Source: an uncultured Lachnospiraceae bacterium (GTDB taxonomy: Bacteria; Bacillota; Clostridia; Lachnospirales; Lachnospiraceae). Taken from it: a DNA stretch of 64,000 bases. The translations under genes were made by a program, and so were the position numbers. Positions 28,705-38,078 of this stretch are shown here, piece after piece. Numbering within the stretch: the first letter of the stretch is position 1; every line of letters starts with the position of its first letter. Location: contig USGM01000005.1 of NCBI GenBank assembly GCA_900554205.1, forward strand, positions 2,230-66,229, read 5' to 3'. The notes beneath the pieces are model-generated. The model searched no databases. It saw only the letters and a list, made by a program, of their open reading frames with translations, and was not told the origin of the DNA.

Positions 28705-28831
28705 TAAACCTGTTTGCCGTATTTTATTGACGACAAAACCAGAATAGCACAGATTATACATGTATGCAATATAAAATTTGAGAGTGGAATGCCGGGAACT
28801 GAATAAAACGTGAGCGTCAGAGTGGCGAAGA

Positions 28832-28996
28832 GCGGAAACCGCACGTACAATCCGGGCAAGAGTACCTGCGGAAAGTGAGGAGATGCAGAAAACGCAGGTA
28901 CAACCCGGGCAAGAGTACCTGCGGAAAGCGAGGAGATGCGGAAACCGCATGTACAATCCGGGCAAGAGTACGTGCGGAAAACGAGGGGATGCAGAA
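28832..28996. repeat. three tandem copies (plus a short partial) of a 53-bp unit
   Basis: Units start at 28832, 28885 and 28938; core GTACAAYCCGGGCAAGAGTACSTGCGGAAA. Confidence 0.9.
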
Positions 28997-29002
28997 GCGT
29001 GT

Positions 29003-30289
29003 TTACCTGGAACGGATTCGTTTTGCCTTCCAACGCTCTACAATGGAAAAGACCTTTCCGGTGGTCAGCCCCTGAACGACAATGGTAAAGTACATGGTGA
29101 CACAGGTCATGATAAATATCACGTTATAGGTTTCAAGCGGCAGAAAGTCCTTCGTGCTGAAGGCAAGTGCCAGCGATAGTCCGCCCTTTAAGGCGCTCCA
29201 GGTCATCAGGGTTGTAAATTCAAAAGCACTGTATCTGTTCGGGATTTTCTTTTTCCCGATAATCAGGGCAGAAGCGCCAACACCCAGAAAACGTGCAATG
29301 AAGTTGATGATCACGGCGGTAATGATCAGAACCGCCAGCCAGGAGTGCGAGGGAATGTTCACCGCTGCAAAGCCGATCAGGATGAAAAGAACACTGTTCA
29401 TCAAGGTATCTGCGATATGCCAGAAATCCTCATACCAGTCTTTGGGATCCACAACCTTGTGCCACTCTTCATTTTTTGCCATATTTCTCGAAAAGTAAAT
29501 TCCACATACAACAGCGGCAATGACTCCCGAGCAGCCAAGCTTTTCGCAAATCAGGTAGGCAGCCATCACGTCAAACATGCTGATAAAGATATGAAGCATA
29601 GGATTGTTGGTGGCTCTGAGCAGCTTGAACATTAGGAAGGATACAATGAAGCCGATGGCAATAGCGCCTAACAGTTCCTTTGCCATGAGCATGGGGAAGC
29701 TGAGGTCTGAAGTATCATTTACAATATTTTTAATACAGACGAATACAGCTACGCCTGTACCATCGTTGAATAGAGATTCTCCTTCTATCACTGTTGAAAC
29801 ATTTTTTGACAGTCCGGCTTTTTTCAAAATGCTCGTAGCGGCAATGGGATCGGTGGGAGATACAATGCATCCCAGTAAAATGCAGAGCCAGATGGAAAAA
29901 TCCAATCGCAGTGCCAGTGCAATAATATAGAAAAGACCGCCATAGATAAAGGACGATATCACCGTTGACAGGAGTGCGAGCAGACTGATGGACTTAATGT
30001 TTTTGACAAATCTTCCGAAATTTACTCCACTGGCACCGGAGAACAGCATAAAGCACAGAATACCGTCCATCAGGAACTCCTGAAGGTTGATGCCTGCGAT
30101 ATTGCTGATAATTGTGCCCTCAAAATCGACAAGACCGGCGGCTCCCAGCAGCTTTACAATGGCTGCAAGCAGAAAGGAAAACATAACCAGAGCAATATCG
30201 TTGGAAATTCGGAGTGTTTTTTCATTTATGATGCTAAACAATACTACCAAAAATAAAATAAATAATAAACCTAATAAAATCTGTTCCAT
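29003..30289 (-). CDS. Na+(K+)/H+ antiporter, CPA1/NhaP family
   Basis: SPTDPIAA, IEGESLFNDG, LKGGLSLALA and VQGLT; many TM helices. Confidence 0.9.
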   Translation of the reverse strand: MEQILLGLLFILFLVVLFSIINEKTLRISNDIALVMFSFLLAAIVKLLGAAGLVDFEGTIISNIAGINLQEFLMDGILCFMLFSGASGVNFGRFVKNIKSISLLALLSTVISSFIYGGLFYIIALALRLDFSIWLCILLGCIVSPTDPIAATSILKKAGLSKNVSTVIEGESLFNDGTGVAVFVCIKNIVNDTSDLSFPMLMAKELLGAIAIGFIVSFLMFKLLRATNNPMLHIFISMFDVMAAYLICEKLGCSGVIAAVVCGIYFSRNMAKNEEWHKVVDPKDWYEDFWHIADTLMNSVLFILIGFAAVNIPSHSWLAVLIITAVIINFIARFLGVGASALIIGKKKIPNRYSAFEFTTLMTWSALKGGLSLALAFSTKDFLPLETYNVIFIMTCVTMYFTIVVQGLTTGKVFSIVERWKAKRIRSR

Positions 30290-30306
30290 TTTTTTATCCT
30301 ATATAC

Positions 30307-31677
30307 CTATGCAATGATGTCGGTCAGTTTTGTGATTTTGTGCTCGGCAGAGACGACTACAATCCGGTCGCCCCTCATGATGCAGGAATTGCCATCTGGA
30401 ATCATGGTCTCTGCGCCCCTGATGATAACAGCGATCAGAACACCACGTTTCAGTGTGAATTTCGGGTCCTTAAAAGCGAGGCCGGATAGGGCAAATTCGC
30501 CTCCCACCTCAAATTCTTCCGCTTCGATTTTTCCATTATTAAAGGGATATAACCATTTCAACACATTTTCATCGGCGGAAGGTCCTGTGGTAACAAGGCT
30601 TCTTAAACTCTTGATGATGCTGCCAAGCGATACATTCTGTGTGGAAAAAATATGATTGATTCCACTTTTTGCCAGCATGTTTTCATAATTGATGTTATCG
30701 ATTTCTGCAGCTATACGATCCAGACCGCAGGATTTACAAAACATGGAGATAATCAGATTCTCTTCGTCATTACCTGTAACTGCAACACAGGCATCGGTTC
30801 CTTTTAACTCCTTTTCCATCAGATCGGTATCTGTTCCGTTCCCGGTAATTACATTGACCTTTGGGAAAGTCTCCAGAAGCTTCTGGCATTTCTCGCGATC
30901 TTTTTCAATAAGCGTCACTTTTACGCCATGGTTCAATAGCATATCCGCGAGATAACACCCGACTCTGCTTCCGCCGACAATGACCGTCTTGCGGATTACC
31001 TTTTTGAGGATGTTAAGCTGTTTCAATGCCTTGTCCATTTCGTCGCCAATGGCGGCAAAGGTTATTTTATCTCCCGGTATGATTTTATGTTTTCCCTTGG
31101 GAGTAACAATCTTTCCACCGCGCTCAATGGCACACACAAGAATCTGGGCACCAAGCCGGCCCTGAATCTCGGGCATGCTGATATTCGCCAGTATGCTGCT
31201 ATCTGAAATGTCTACCGTGGCTACATTGACTGTGCCGTCTCCGAAACGTTCCATTTCTACTGCGCCTGCATAGCGGATCAGTTTATTTATTTCTGAGGCG
31301 GCAGATTTATCCGGATTAATGATTAGATCAATTCCTAACTGATTGCACAGGAAATCATGATCTGCTGAATATTCGGAACCTCTGACAGCAGCTATGGTTT
31401 TTGGTACGCCCATTTCCCGTGCGATGTGACAGCACAGAATATTTGTTTCATCCTGCTTTGTGACGGCAACCAGCACCGCCGCGGAGGCAATGCCGGCCTT
31501 TTTTAGTGTCTCGGGACTGCTTCCGTTTCCAACATAACCATTGCAATCAAAGGAATCTGTCATTGCATCTACTTTTTCTGCATTCCGGTCGATGACGACC
31601 AGATCATATCCCTCTGCACACACCTGTTTTGCCAGTGCATGACCTACCTTGCTGGCACCAACGATAATTACTCTCAT
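30307..31677 (-). CDS. trkA: Trk system potassium uptake protein TrkA
   Basis: Two RCK_N Rossmann domains (VGASKVG, VGGSRVG), each followed by RCK_C. Confidence 0.85.
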   Translation of the reverse strand: MRVIIVGASKVGHALAKQVCAEGYDLVVIDRNAEKVDAMTDSFDCNGYVGNGSSPETLKKAGIASAAVLVAVTKQDETNILCCHIAREMGVPKTIAAVRGSEYSADHDFLCNQLGIDLIINPDKSAASEINKLIRYAGAVEMERFGDGTVNVATVDISDSSILANISMPEIQGRLGAQILVCAIERGGKIVTPKGKHKIIPGDKITFAAIGDEMDKALKQLNILKKVIRKTVIVGGSRVGCYLADMLLNHGVKVTLIEKDREKCQKLLETFPKVNVITGNGTDTDLMEKELKGTDACVAVTGNDEENLIISMFCKSCGLDRIAAEIDNINYENMLAKSGINHIFSTQNVSLGSIIKSLRSLVTTGPSADENVLKWLYPFNNGKIEAEEFEVGGEFALSGLAFKDPKFTLKRGVLIAVIIRGAETMIPDGNSCIMRGDRIVVVSAEHKITKLTDIIA

Positions 31678-31830
31678 TTTGTATTCTCTCTTCCTGTATC
31701 TGATGAACATAGTATATGCCTCATTTACAATTTTCTCAAGTTCATGCTGACAAAGAAATTTATTTTCAGTCGCCACTTGACATATTAAAATTCAAAGTGT
31801 AGGCTATAAAAATATTTTTGCCGAAAGTGC

Positions 31831-31862
31831 TTGACTCTCCTCTATAGGGGAGGGGTTAGGAT
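31831..31862 (+). promoter_or_regulatory. MerR-type long-spacer promoter with dyad operator
   Basis: TTGACT-20 nt-TAGGAT with CTCCTCTA|TAGGGGAG dyad (one mismatch) in the spacer. Confidence 0.75.
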
Positions 31863-31899
31863 TCTCCTGTGATAAAGAAAAAGAGAACGGAGGAAACCT

Positions 31900-32622
31900 A
31901 TGAGTACATGTATAACGGTTGATGGATTGACAAAGTCGTATGCCGGCCGGACAGTGGTGGATCATCTGTCCTTCGCTGTGCAGCAGGGAGAGGTGTTCGG
32001 ACTTCTGGGACACAATGGCGCCGGGAAAAGTACGACGATCGAGCTGTTGCTGGGCTTGAAGAAGCAGGAGCAGGGAAAGGCGACTATTCTGGGAATGGAG
32101 CCAGCGACAAACAGAAAGAAATTGTTTGAGAGAGTGGGCATTCAGTTCCAGTCGTCGAACTATCAGTGCAATATCCGGGTGGACGAGGCGTGTCAGGAAA
32201 GGGCGCTGCTCTATGCGCACTCGGCGGATTACAGGGAATTATTGAAGCAGTTTGGAATCGAACATCTGGAAAAGTCTCCGGTCAACAAGCTCTCCGGCGG
32301 AGAAAAGCAGAAGCTGTCAGTGGTTCTTGCGTTGGTCGGCAAGCCGGAGATTGTCTTTCTGGATGAACTGACGACCGGCCTCGATGTGGCAGCGAGACAT
32401 GAGGTCTGGAGAACGCTGAAGGGGTTAAAGGAAAAGGGGTTGACGATCTTCCTCACCACACATTATATGGAAGAAGCAGAGAATCTCTGCGACCACCTCT
32501 GCCTGATGAAAAACGGCAGGAAGGTTGCCGAGGGAACGGTACAGGAAATTGTGGAAAAGTCACCGTATGACAATCTGGAGAATGCATATCTGTGGTATAT
32601 GGATGAGGAGGTAGCGCTGTGA
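31900..32622 (+). CDS. ABC-2 type exporter ATP-binding protein
   Basis: GHNGAGKST, LSGGEKQK, LDELTTGLD and TTHYMEEAE. Confidence 0.9.
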   Translation: MSTCITVDGLTKSYAGRTVVDHLSFAVQQGEVFGLLGHNGAGKSTTIELLLGLKKQEQGKATILGMEPATNRKKLFERVGIQFQSSNYQCNIRVDEACQERALLYAHSADYRELLKQFGIEHLEKSPVNKLSGGEKQKLSVVLALVGKPEIVFLDELTTGLDVAARHEVWRTLKGLKEKGLTIFLTTHYMEEAENLCDHLCLMKNGRKVAEGTVQEIVEKSPYDNLENAYLWYMDEEVAL

Positions 32623-33368
32623 AGAGATTTTTTAAACTTTTTTCGATTGAAGAGAAGCTGGTGTTGAGAACACCTGATGTCATTGTATTCGGAGTGTTGA
32701 TGCCGTTGGGAGTTATGTTCCTCATCGCAGCAATCGCGGGCGGAAAGATGGCGGGCGAGAGTGGGATGACTTATCTGCAGAGCGCCTATGCGTCGCTCGT
32801 GTGTGTCGGGATCTGCTGTGCCGGATTCATGAGTATTCCGCTTGTGATCGTGGACTACCGGGATAAGAAGATTTTGAAACACTTTTATGCAAGTCCTTGC
32901 AGTCCGGCGCTTTTACTCGGCGCGGATGTGCTTTGCAGTTTCGTTACGGCGGCTTTGTCCGCACTGTCAATTACAGTGATAGCCGTACTGGTTTTCGGTT
33001 ACAGAATGCAGGGTAATGTATTCTGTTTCATCGGAGCGTGGCTTCTGACACTTGCGTCGATGTTCTCGATCGGCTTATTGATGGCAAGTCTCTGTAAGAC
33101 GGCGAAGTCCGTGAATGCCGTGACCAGTCTGGTATACTTTCCCATGCTGTTCCTGTCGGGAGCAACGATTCCGTTTGAATTGTTTCCGAAGAGCGTGCAG
33201 GCGGTAGCAAACGTTCTGCCGCTGACGCAGGGCATCCGTCTGATGAAGGCGGCATCCATGGGAACGGAGTTCAAGGGCTTTGGCTGGATCATTGCACTCC
33301 TGCTTGGCATTACTGTGATTTGCAGCGGGATTGCGGTTAAGACATTCCGGTGGGAAGGAAAGGAATAG
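32619..33368 (+). CDS. ABC-2 type exporter permease
   Basis: Six TM helices, YFPMLFLSGA.IP, LPLTQG; GTGA overlap. Confidence 0.88.
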   Translation: MKRFFKLFSIEEKLVLRTPDVIVFGVLMPLGVMFLIAAIAGGKMAGESGMTYLQSAYASLVCVGICCAGFMSIPLVIVDYRDKKILKHFYASPCSPALLLGADVLCSFVTAALSALSITVIAVLVFGYRMQGNVFCFIGAWLLTLASMFSIGLLMASLCKTAKSVNAVTSLVYFPMLFLSGATIPFELFPKSVQAVANVLPLTQGIRLMKAASMGTEFKGFGWIIALLLGITVICSGIAVKTFRWEGKE

Positions 33369-33374
33369 AACAGG

Positions 33375-34238
33375 ATGAATATGACGATGAATGAGGAACA
33401 CATGGCATGTACACCGAAGACAGATTCCCAGCGATACCGGATCGGCATGTTTGCTGCGATGAACCATATAACCATCAAGGCGCTCCGGTTTTATGAGGAG
33501 CAGGGGCTGCTTGCCCCTGCCTATGTGGAGGCTGAGAACGGCTACCGCTATTATACGATGAGCCAGATGGCAGATGTACAGCAGATTCTGGCATTGAAGG
33601 AAGCCGGGTTCACACTGGAGGATATCCGGCAGCTCCGGTCAGCGGCAGATACGAATCGTGTACTCGCGAAGAAGAGGAATGAGATTCTCGGGGAGATTGC
33701 CGAACTGACCGCGAGGCTTGCAAGACTCGATGACTACATGGGAGGCAGCGGCATGACGGTTGCTGCGCCGGTCAGGGTAAGAACCCTGCCGGCATTTGTG
33801 GCATCGACCTTGCAGGAGAGAATTGCTTCTTATGACGCATTGTTTGACCTGATGCCGAGAATGGGAGCGGAGATGGAGAGGCTCGGCTGCGAATGTGCGC
33901 TGCCGGAGTACTGCTTTACCCGCTATCTTGAGGCAGGCTACCGGGAGGAGCAGATTCTGGTTGAGATCGGTGAGGCTGTGACAGAAAAGAAGGAGGATTC
34001 AGGAGTCATCTGTTTCAGGGAGTTCCCGGAGACTGAGGCGGCCTGCATCTATCACAAAGGCTCCTATCGCACATTGCCGGAGACTTATGCCGTTGTGCTT
34101 CGCTATATTGAGGAAAACAATTATGAGATCATAGACAGTATCAGGGAGAGCTATATTGATGGCGTGTGGAATAAGGATTCGGAGAAGGAATGGCTGACGG
34201 AGATTCAGATTCCGGTTCGTAAGAAAATTTTACAATAA
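33375..34238 (+). CDS. MerR family regulator with GyrI-like effector domain (BmrR-like)
   Basis: YRIGMFA, KALRFYEEQGLL.P, NGYRYY; C-terminal HKGSY...RESY...TEIQIPV. Confidence 0.9.
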   Translation: MNMTMNEEHMACTPKTDSQRYRIGMFAAMNHITIKALRFYEEQGLLAPAYVEAENGYRYYTMSQMADVQQILALKEAGFTLEDIRQLRSAADTNRVLAKKRNEILGEIAELTARLARLDDYMGGSGMTVAAPVRVRTLPAFVASTLQERIASYDALFDLMPRMGAEMERLGCECALPEYCFTRYLEAGYREEQILVEIGEAVTEKKEDSGVICFREFPETEAACIYHKGSYRTLPETYAVVLRYIEENNYEIIDSIRESYIDGVWNKDSEKEWLTEIQIPVRKKILQ

Positions 34239-34271
34239 CGTTTTGTGTGCCTGAGGGCAGATAGGAGCGGA

Positions 34272-36281
34272 ATGGACAACAACATTATTATCAGAGGACT
34301 TTGCCAGAATAATTTAAAGAATGTTTCTCTCTCCATACCGAAGAATAAAATTGTGGTGTTTACCGGAGTGTCAGGCTCCGGAAAGTCCAGTATTGTTTTT
34401 GACACGATTGCGGCGGAGAGCCAGAGACAGATGAACGAGACCTACAGTGCATGGATAAGAGGGAGGCTTCCGAAATACGAGAAACCGAGATGTGAATTTA
34501 TTGATAATCTCAATCCGTCCGTCATTGTGGATCAGAGCAGACTCGGAGGCAACGCGAGGTCAACGGTCGGAACGATCAGCGAAATGTATTCGTCGCTGCG
34601 GCTGTTGTTTTCCAGAATCGGGGAACCGAAGATTGGGCCGGCTTCTTACTTTTCATTTAACAATCCGAATGGTATGTGTAAGACCTGCGCGGGCATCGGC
34701 AAGGTCATGGATCTGAACATAGAGGCAATGATCGATCCGGACAAGTCGTTTGAGGAGGGGATGCTGCAGCTTCCGGCATTTGGCCCCGGCAAGTATTACT
34801 GGAGGGTTTATAATCGTCCGGATCTTTTTGATGTTCAGAAAAAGTGGCGTGATTTTACCGAGCGCGAGAAGAATATCCTGCTGTATGGCAGTGAGACGGT
34901 CAAGGGAGAACGGCTTGACAAACGCTTTGAGGGCGTGAAGAACCAGTTTGAGAGGCTTTGTCTGATGAAGGGTGCGGAGGAACAGTCGGATAACACGCTT
35001 CGGAAGATCAACACCTACATGAAGGAGATAACCTGCCCGGACTGTCAGGGAAGAAGATTGAGCCCGCAGGCATTGTCCTGTAAAATACAGGGTTACAGTA
35101 TTCATGAAATGTGCGAAATGGAGTTTACGAAGCTGCGCGAAGTGCTGGCAGAGATCCAGGACCCGAGAGGCAGGTCTATTGTGGATGCACTGCTTGCTAC
35201 GCTCGACCGCATGATCGACATCGGGTTGCCCTATCTCTTTATGAACCGGGAAACGACAACCTTGTCAGGTGGAGAGGCACAGCGTCTGAAGCTTGTCCGC
35301 TATATGGGAAGCTCGCTGACAGGAATGATCTACATTTTTGATGAGCCGAGCATGTGTATGCATCCGAGAGATGTACACCGCATGAGCAGACTGCTCAAAA
35401 GTCTGAGAGATCGCGGAAATACGGTGTTGGTTGTGGAGCATGACAAGGATATCATCAGCATTGCAGACGAGGTGATCGATGTCGGCCCTCTTGCGGGAAG
35501 AAACGGCGGACAGATTCTCTTTCAGGGGAGCTATGAGCAGCTGCTCTGTAGTGGAACAAGGACAGGAGAGGCAATGAAGCAGGTGCTGCGGGTGAAGGCT
35601 GATCCGAGAAAGCCGAAGGGGTTTCTACCGATCCGAAATGCCTCGAGCCATAACCTGAAGAACGTGGACGTGGATATCCCGATGGGAGTTATGACAGTTG
35701 TGACAGGAGTTGCCGGAAGCGGTAAATCTTCGTTGATCCGGGATGTCTTTGCAAAGCAGTACGAGGAACAGACGGTCATTGTCGACCAGAGTGCCATCAC
35801 GGCGACAGGACGTTCCACCGCATGTACCTTCATGGGCTTCTTCGATGATATACGGGCACTTCTGGCGAAGGAGAACGGTGTGGATAAGGCATTGTTTTCC
35901 TTTAACAGCAAGGGAGCCTGTCCGGTCTGCAAGGGACGGGGAATGATTACGACGGAGCTGGTGTTCATGGAGCCGGTTACGACGGTCTGTGAGGCATGCG
36001 AGGGAAAGCGGTACAGCAGGGAGGTGCTGGACAAGACCTATCACGGAAAAAATATTGTGGAAATACTGGAGATGAGCGTGGAGGAGGCAAGGGAATTTTT
36101 TGCGGAGGATCGGAAGATCAGAAAACAGCTGGATGCTCTCATGGAGACAGGACTGCCTTACCTCTCTCTGGGACAGCCGCTTTCGACTCTGTCCGGCGGT
36201 GAGATCGTATTCACGGGTACCCCTCAGGAAATGATCGACCATGCCGACACGATCACAGCAAAATACCTCCGCAAGGCATAA
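34272..36281 (+). pseudogene. UvrA-like (class II/DrrC-type) ATPase with in-frame deletion in the second NBD
   Basis: Two Walker A motifs (GVSGSGKSS, GVAGSGKSS) and Zn fingers; second signature LSGGE joins directly to IVFTGTP with no Walker B or H-loop. Confidence 0.75.
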
Positions 36282-36383
36282 GAAGGAAATTCTTCTTCGG
36301 TGAAAGAGTTGATTTTAAGGTGCCTGTATGGTATGTTTATTACGGAAAATTAATAAAAATTAACTGTTTAACGGAGATGGGAA

Positions 36384-38078
36384 ATGACGAAAAAGTTGCT
36401 GGCTGTTTTTCTGGCCCTTGTATACACGGTTGCTTATATAGTGGTTGGCCCTATGGTAAAGGCCCAATATTTCAGTCTTGAGGAGGTACGACCTCTATCA
36501 TTTATTCTGTGTTTTGCGATCTGCTCTGCAGTAAATATCCTTATCTTATGTGTGATTCCCAAGAAGGATCATTATCGTATCCGTAAAATAAACGAAAGGA
36601 TGAGTAAGTGGCTTGAAAAGTTTGATGACCGGCTGCTTTTTTTCATTGTCTGGGCATTTATTTTTATCATGTGGCTGCCGGCCTGTCTGATTTTGTATCC
36701 CGGCGTTTTATCGTATGATATGATATCCCAGACGACCAGTGCTCTTGGCGAGATCACCAATAATCACCATCCTGTTTTACACACATGGCTGATTCGGGTA
36801 TTTATGCGCATGGGTGAGAAGCTGTTTTCCAGCTATGAAAGCGGAATCGGGCTGCTCTCTCTCCTGCAGATGATTATCCTGAGCTACGCACTTTCCCGCA
36901 TGGTCATGTTATTGAAGAAGAAAGCAGTCCCGATTCTGCTTGTGATCGGCACTGCCGTATTATCGGCAGTCTGGTTTATGAATGCCTGCTTATCGGTGAC
37001 AATGATAAAGGACACGCTGCATGCGGCTTTCCTTGTATTATTTTGTTGTCATTTTGTTGAAATAGCGACAAATCCATCGGAGTATATCGCCCGAAAAAGA
37101 AATCTTGTGCTTTTCCCAATCGTGAGCTTTTTTATGTGCGCGTTCAGAAACAATGGTCTCCATATTTATTTATTTTGCTTTGCCATCCTGTTGGTACTCA
37201 GAATTTCACGGTTCAGGAGGGTAAAGAGGTATCTTCCGCTTATCGCAGTTGTAATATTACCTGTTATTATGTTTAAGATATATACAGGCCCCGTCTTTGA
37301 TGCGCTTGGCATCGAGCCCGGACAGGTGCGCGAGGCATTGAGTATTCCCATACAGCAGCTACAGCGGGTGGCAGTTAAGAGAGCGGGTGAATTGACACCG
37401 GAACAGACAGAGATGATGGGGTATTACATTGATGATCTGGAGTGGAGGTCGTGGTCGCCCGGGCGTGAATATGATCCTTTTATTTCCGATCCGGCAAAGA
37501 GCTGCTTTATCTCCTCCCGGTATGAAGATGATCCCATTGCCTTCTGGAAGTTTTACTTACAGACAGGAAAGCAATTTTCCAAAGAATATTTAGTGGCATT
37601 TTTGTCCAATACGCTGGGGTACTGGTATCCCGGATATTATGATTTCTCATATGTCATGTATGACAACTATGCACCGGAAACATTTCCGGAGCCTTTGGAA
37701 CGTAAAAGTATCTTAAAGTCAAAGGCTTTGGAAGGATATTACGAAAGCTTATGCTCTTCGGATTTCTGGCGCAGTACATGGGGAGTGAGAATATTTTTCG
37801 TATCTGGCTTTGCACCGTGGATATTGATATTCGCTGTGGTGCTTTCATGGCGGAAGAAGGGCTTTTTTACGATGACATTGCCTTTGTTCCTGCCATTGAT
37901 TGCCCAATACGGGATTATGCTGCTTTCGCCGATGTCCTCCTTCCGTTATTCATGGCCCTATTATTTGATGCTGCCGCTTACGTTTATAGCAATTTTCACG
38001 AACAAAATTGCGCCTGCGCCCCAAAGCCTGCAGGTTGCTGAAAGGCATGGTGATGAAAATGAAAATAACTGCATTTAG
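36384..38078 (+). CDS. polytopic membrane protein, DUF6020-like (putative GT-C glycosyltransferase)
   Basis: YPGVLSYD, NHHPVLHT, KDTL, FRNNG, SIPIQQ and FRY motifs. Confidence 0.7.
   Translation: MTKKLLAVFLALVYTVAYIVVGPMVKAQYFSLEEVRPLSFILCFAICSAVNILILCVIPKKDHYRIRKINERMSKWLEKFDDRLLFFIVWAFIFIMWLPACLILYPGVLSYDMISQTTSALGEITNNHHPVLHTWLIRVFMRMGEKLFSSYESGIGLLSLLQMIILSYALSRMVMLLKKKAVPILLVIGTAVLSAVWFMNACLSVTMIKDTLHAAFLVLFCCHFVEIATNPSEYIARKRNLVLFPIVSFFMCAFRNNGLHIYLFCFAILLVLRISRFRRVKRYLPLIAVVILPVIMFKIYTGPVFDALGIEPGQVREALSIPIQQLQRVAVKRAGELTPEQTEMMGYYIDDLEWRSWSPGREYDPFISDPAKSCFISSRYEDDPIAFWKFYLQTGKQFSKEYLVAFLSNTLGYWYPGYYDFSYVMYDNYAPETFPEPLERKSILKSKALEGYYESLCSSDFWRSTWGVRIFFVSGFAPWILIFAVVLSWRKKGFFTMTLPLFLPLIAQYGIMLLSPMSSFRYSWPYYLMLPLTFIAIFTNKIAPAPQSLQVAERHGDENENNCI

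Noticed and set aside
28540..28965. 142-aa N-terminal extension of the symporter in the ORF track
   Set aside because: Runs through the riboswitch and tandem repeat; family similarity starts at MLDTISN (28539)
28832..28996. CRISPR array
   Set aside because: Units are contiguous near-identical 53-mers with no unique spacers; no cas genes in the window
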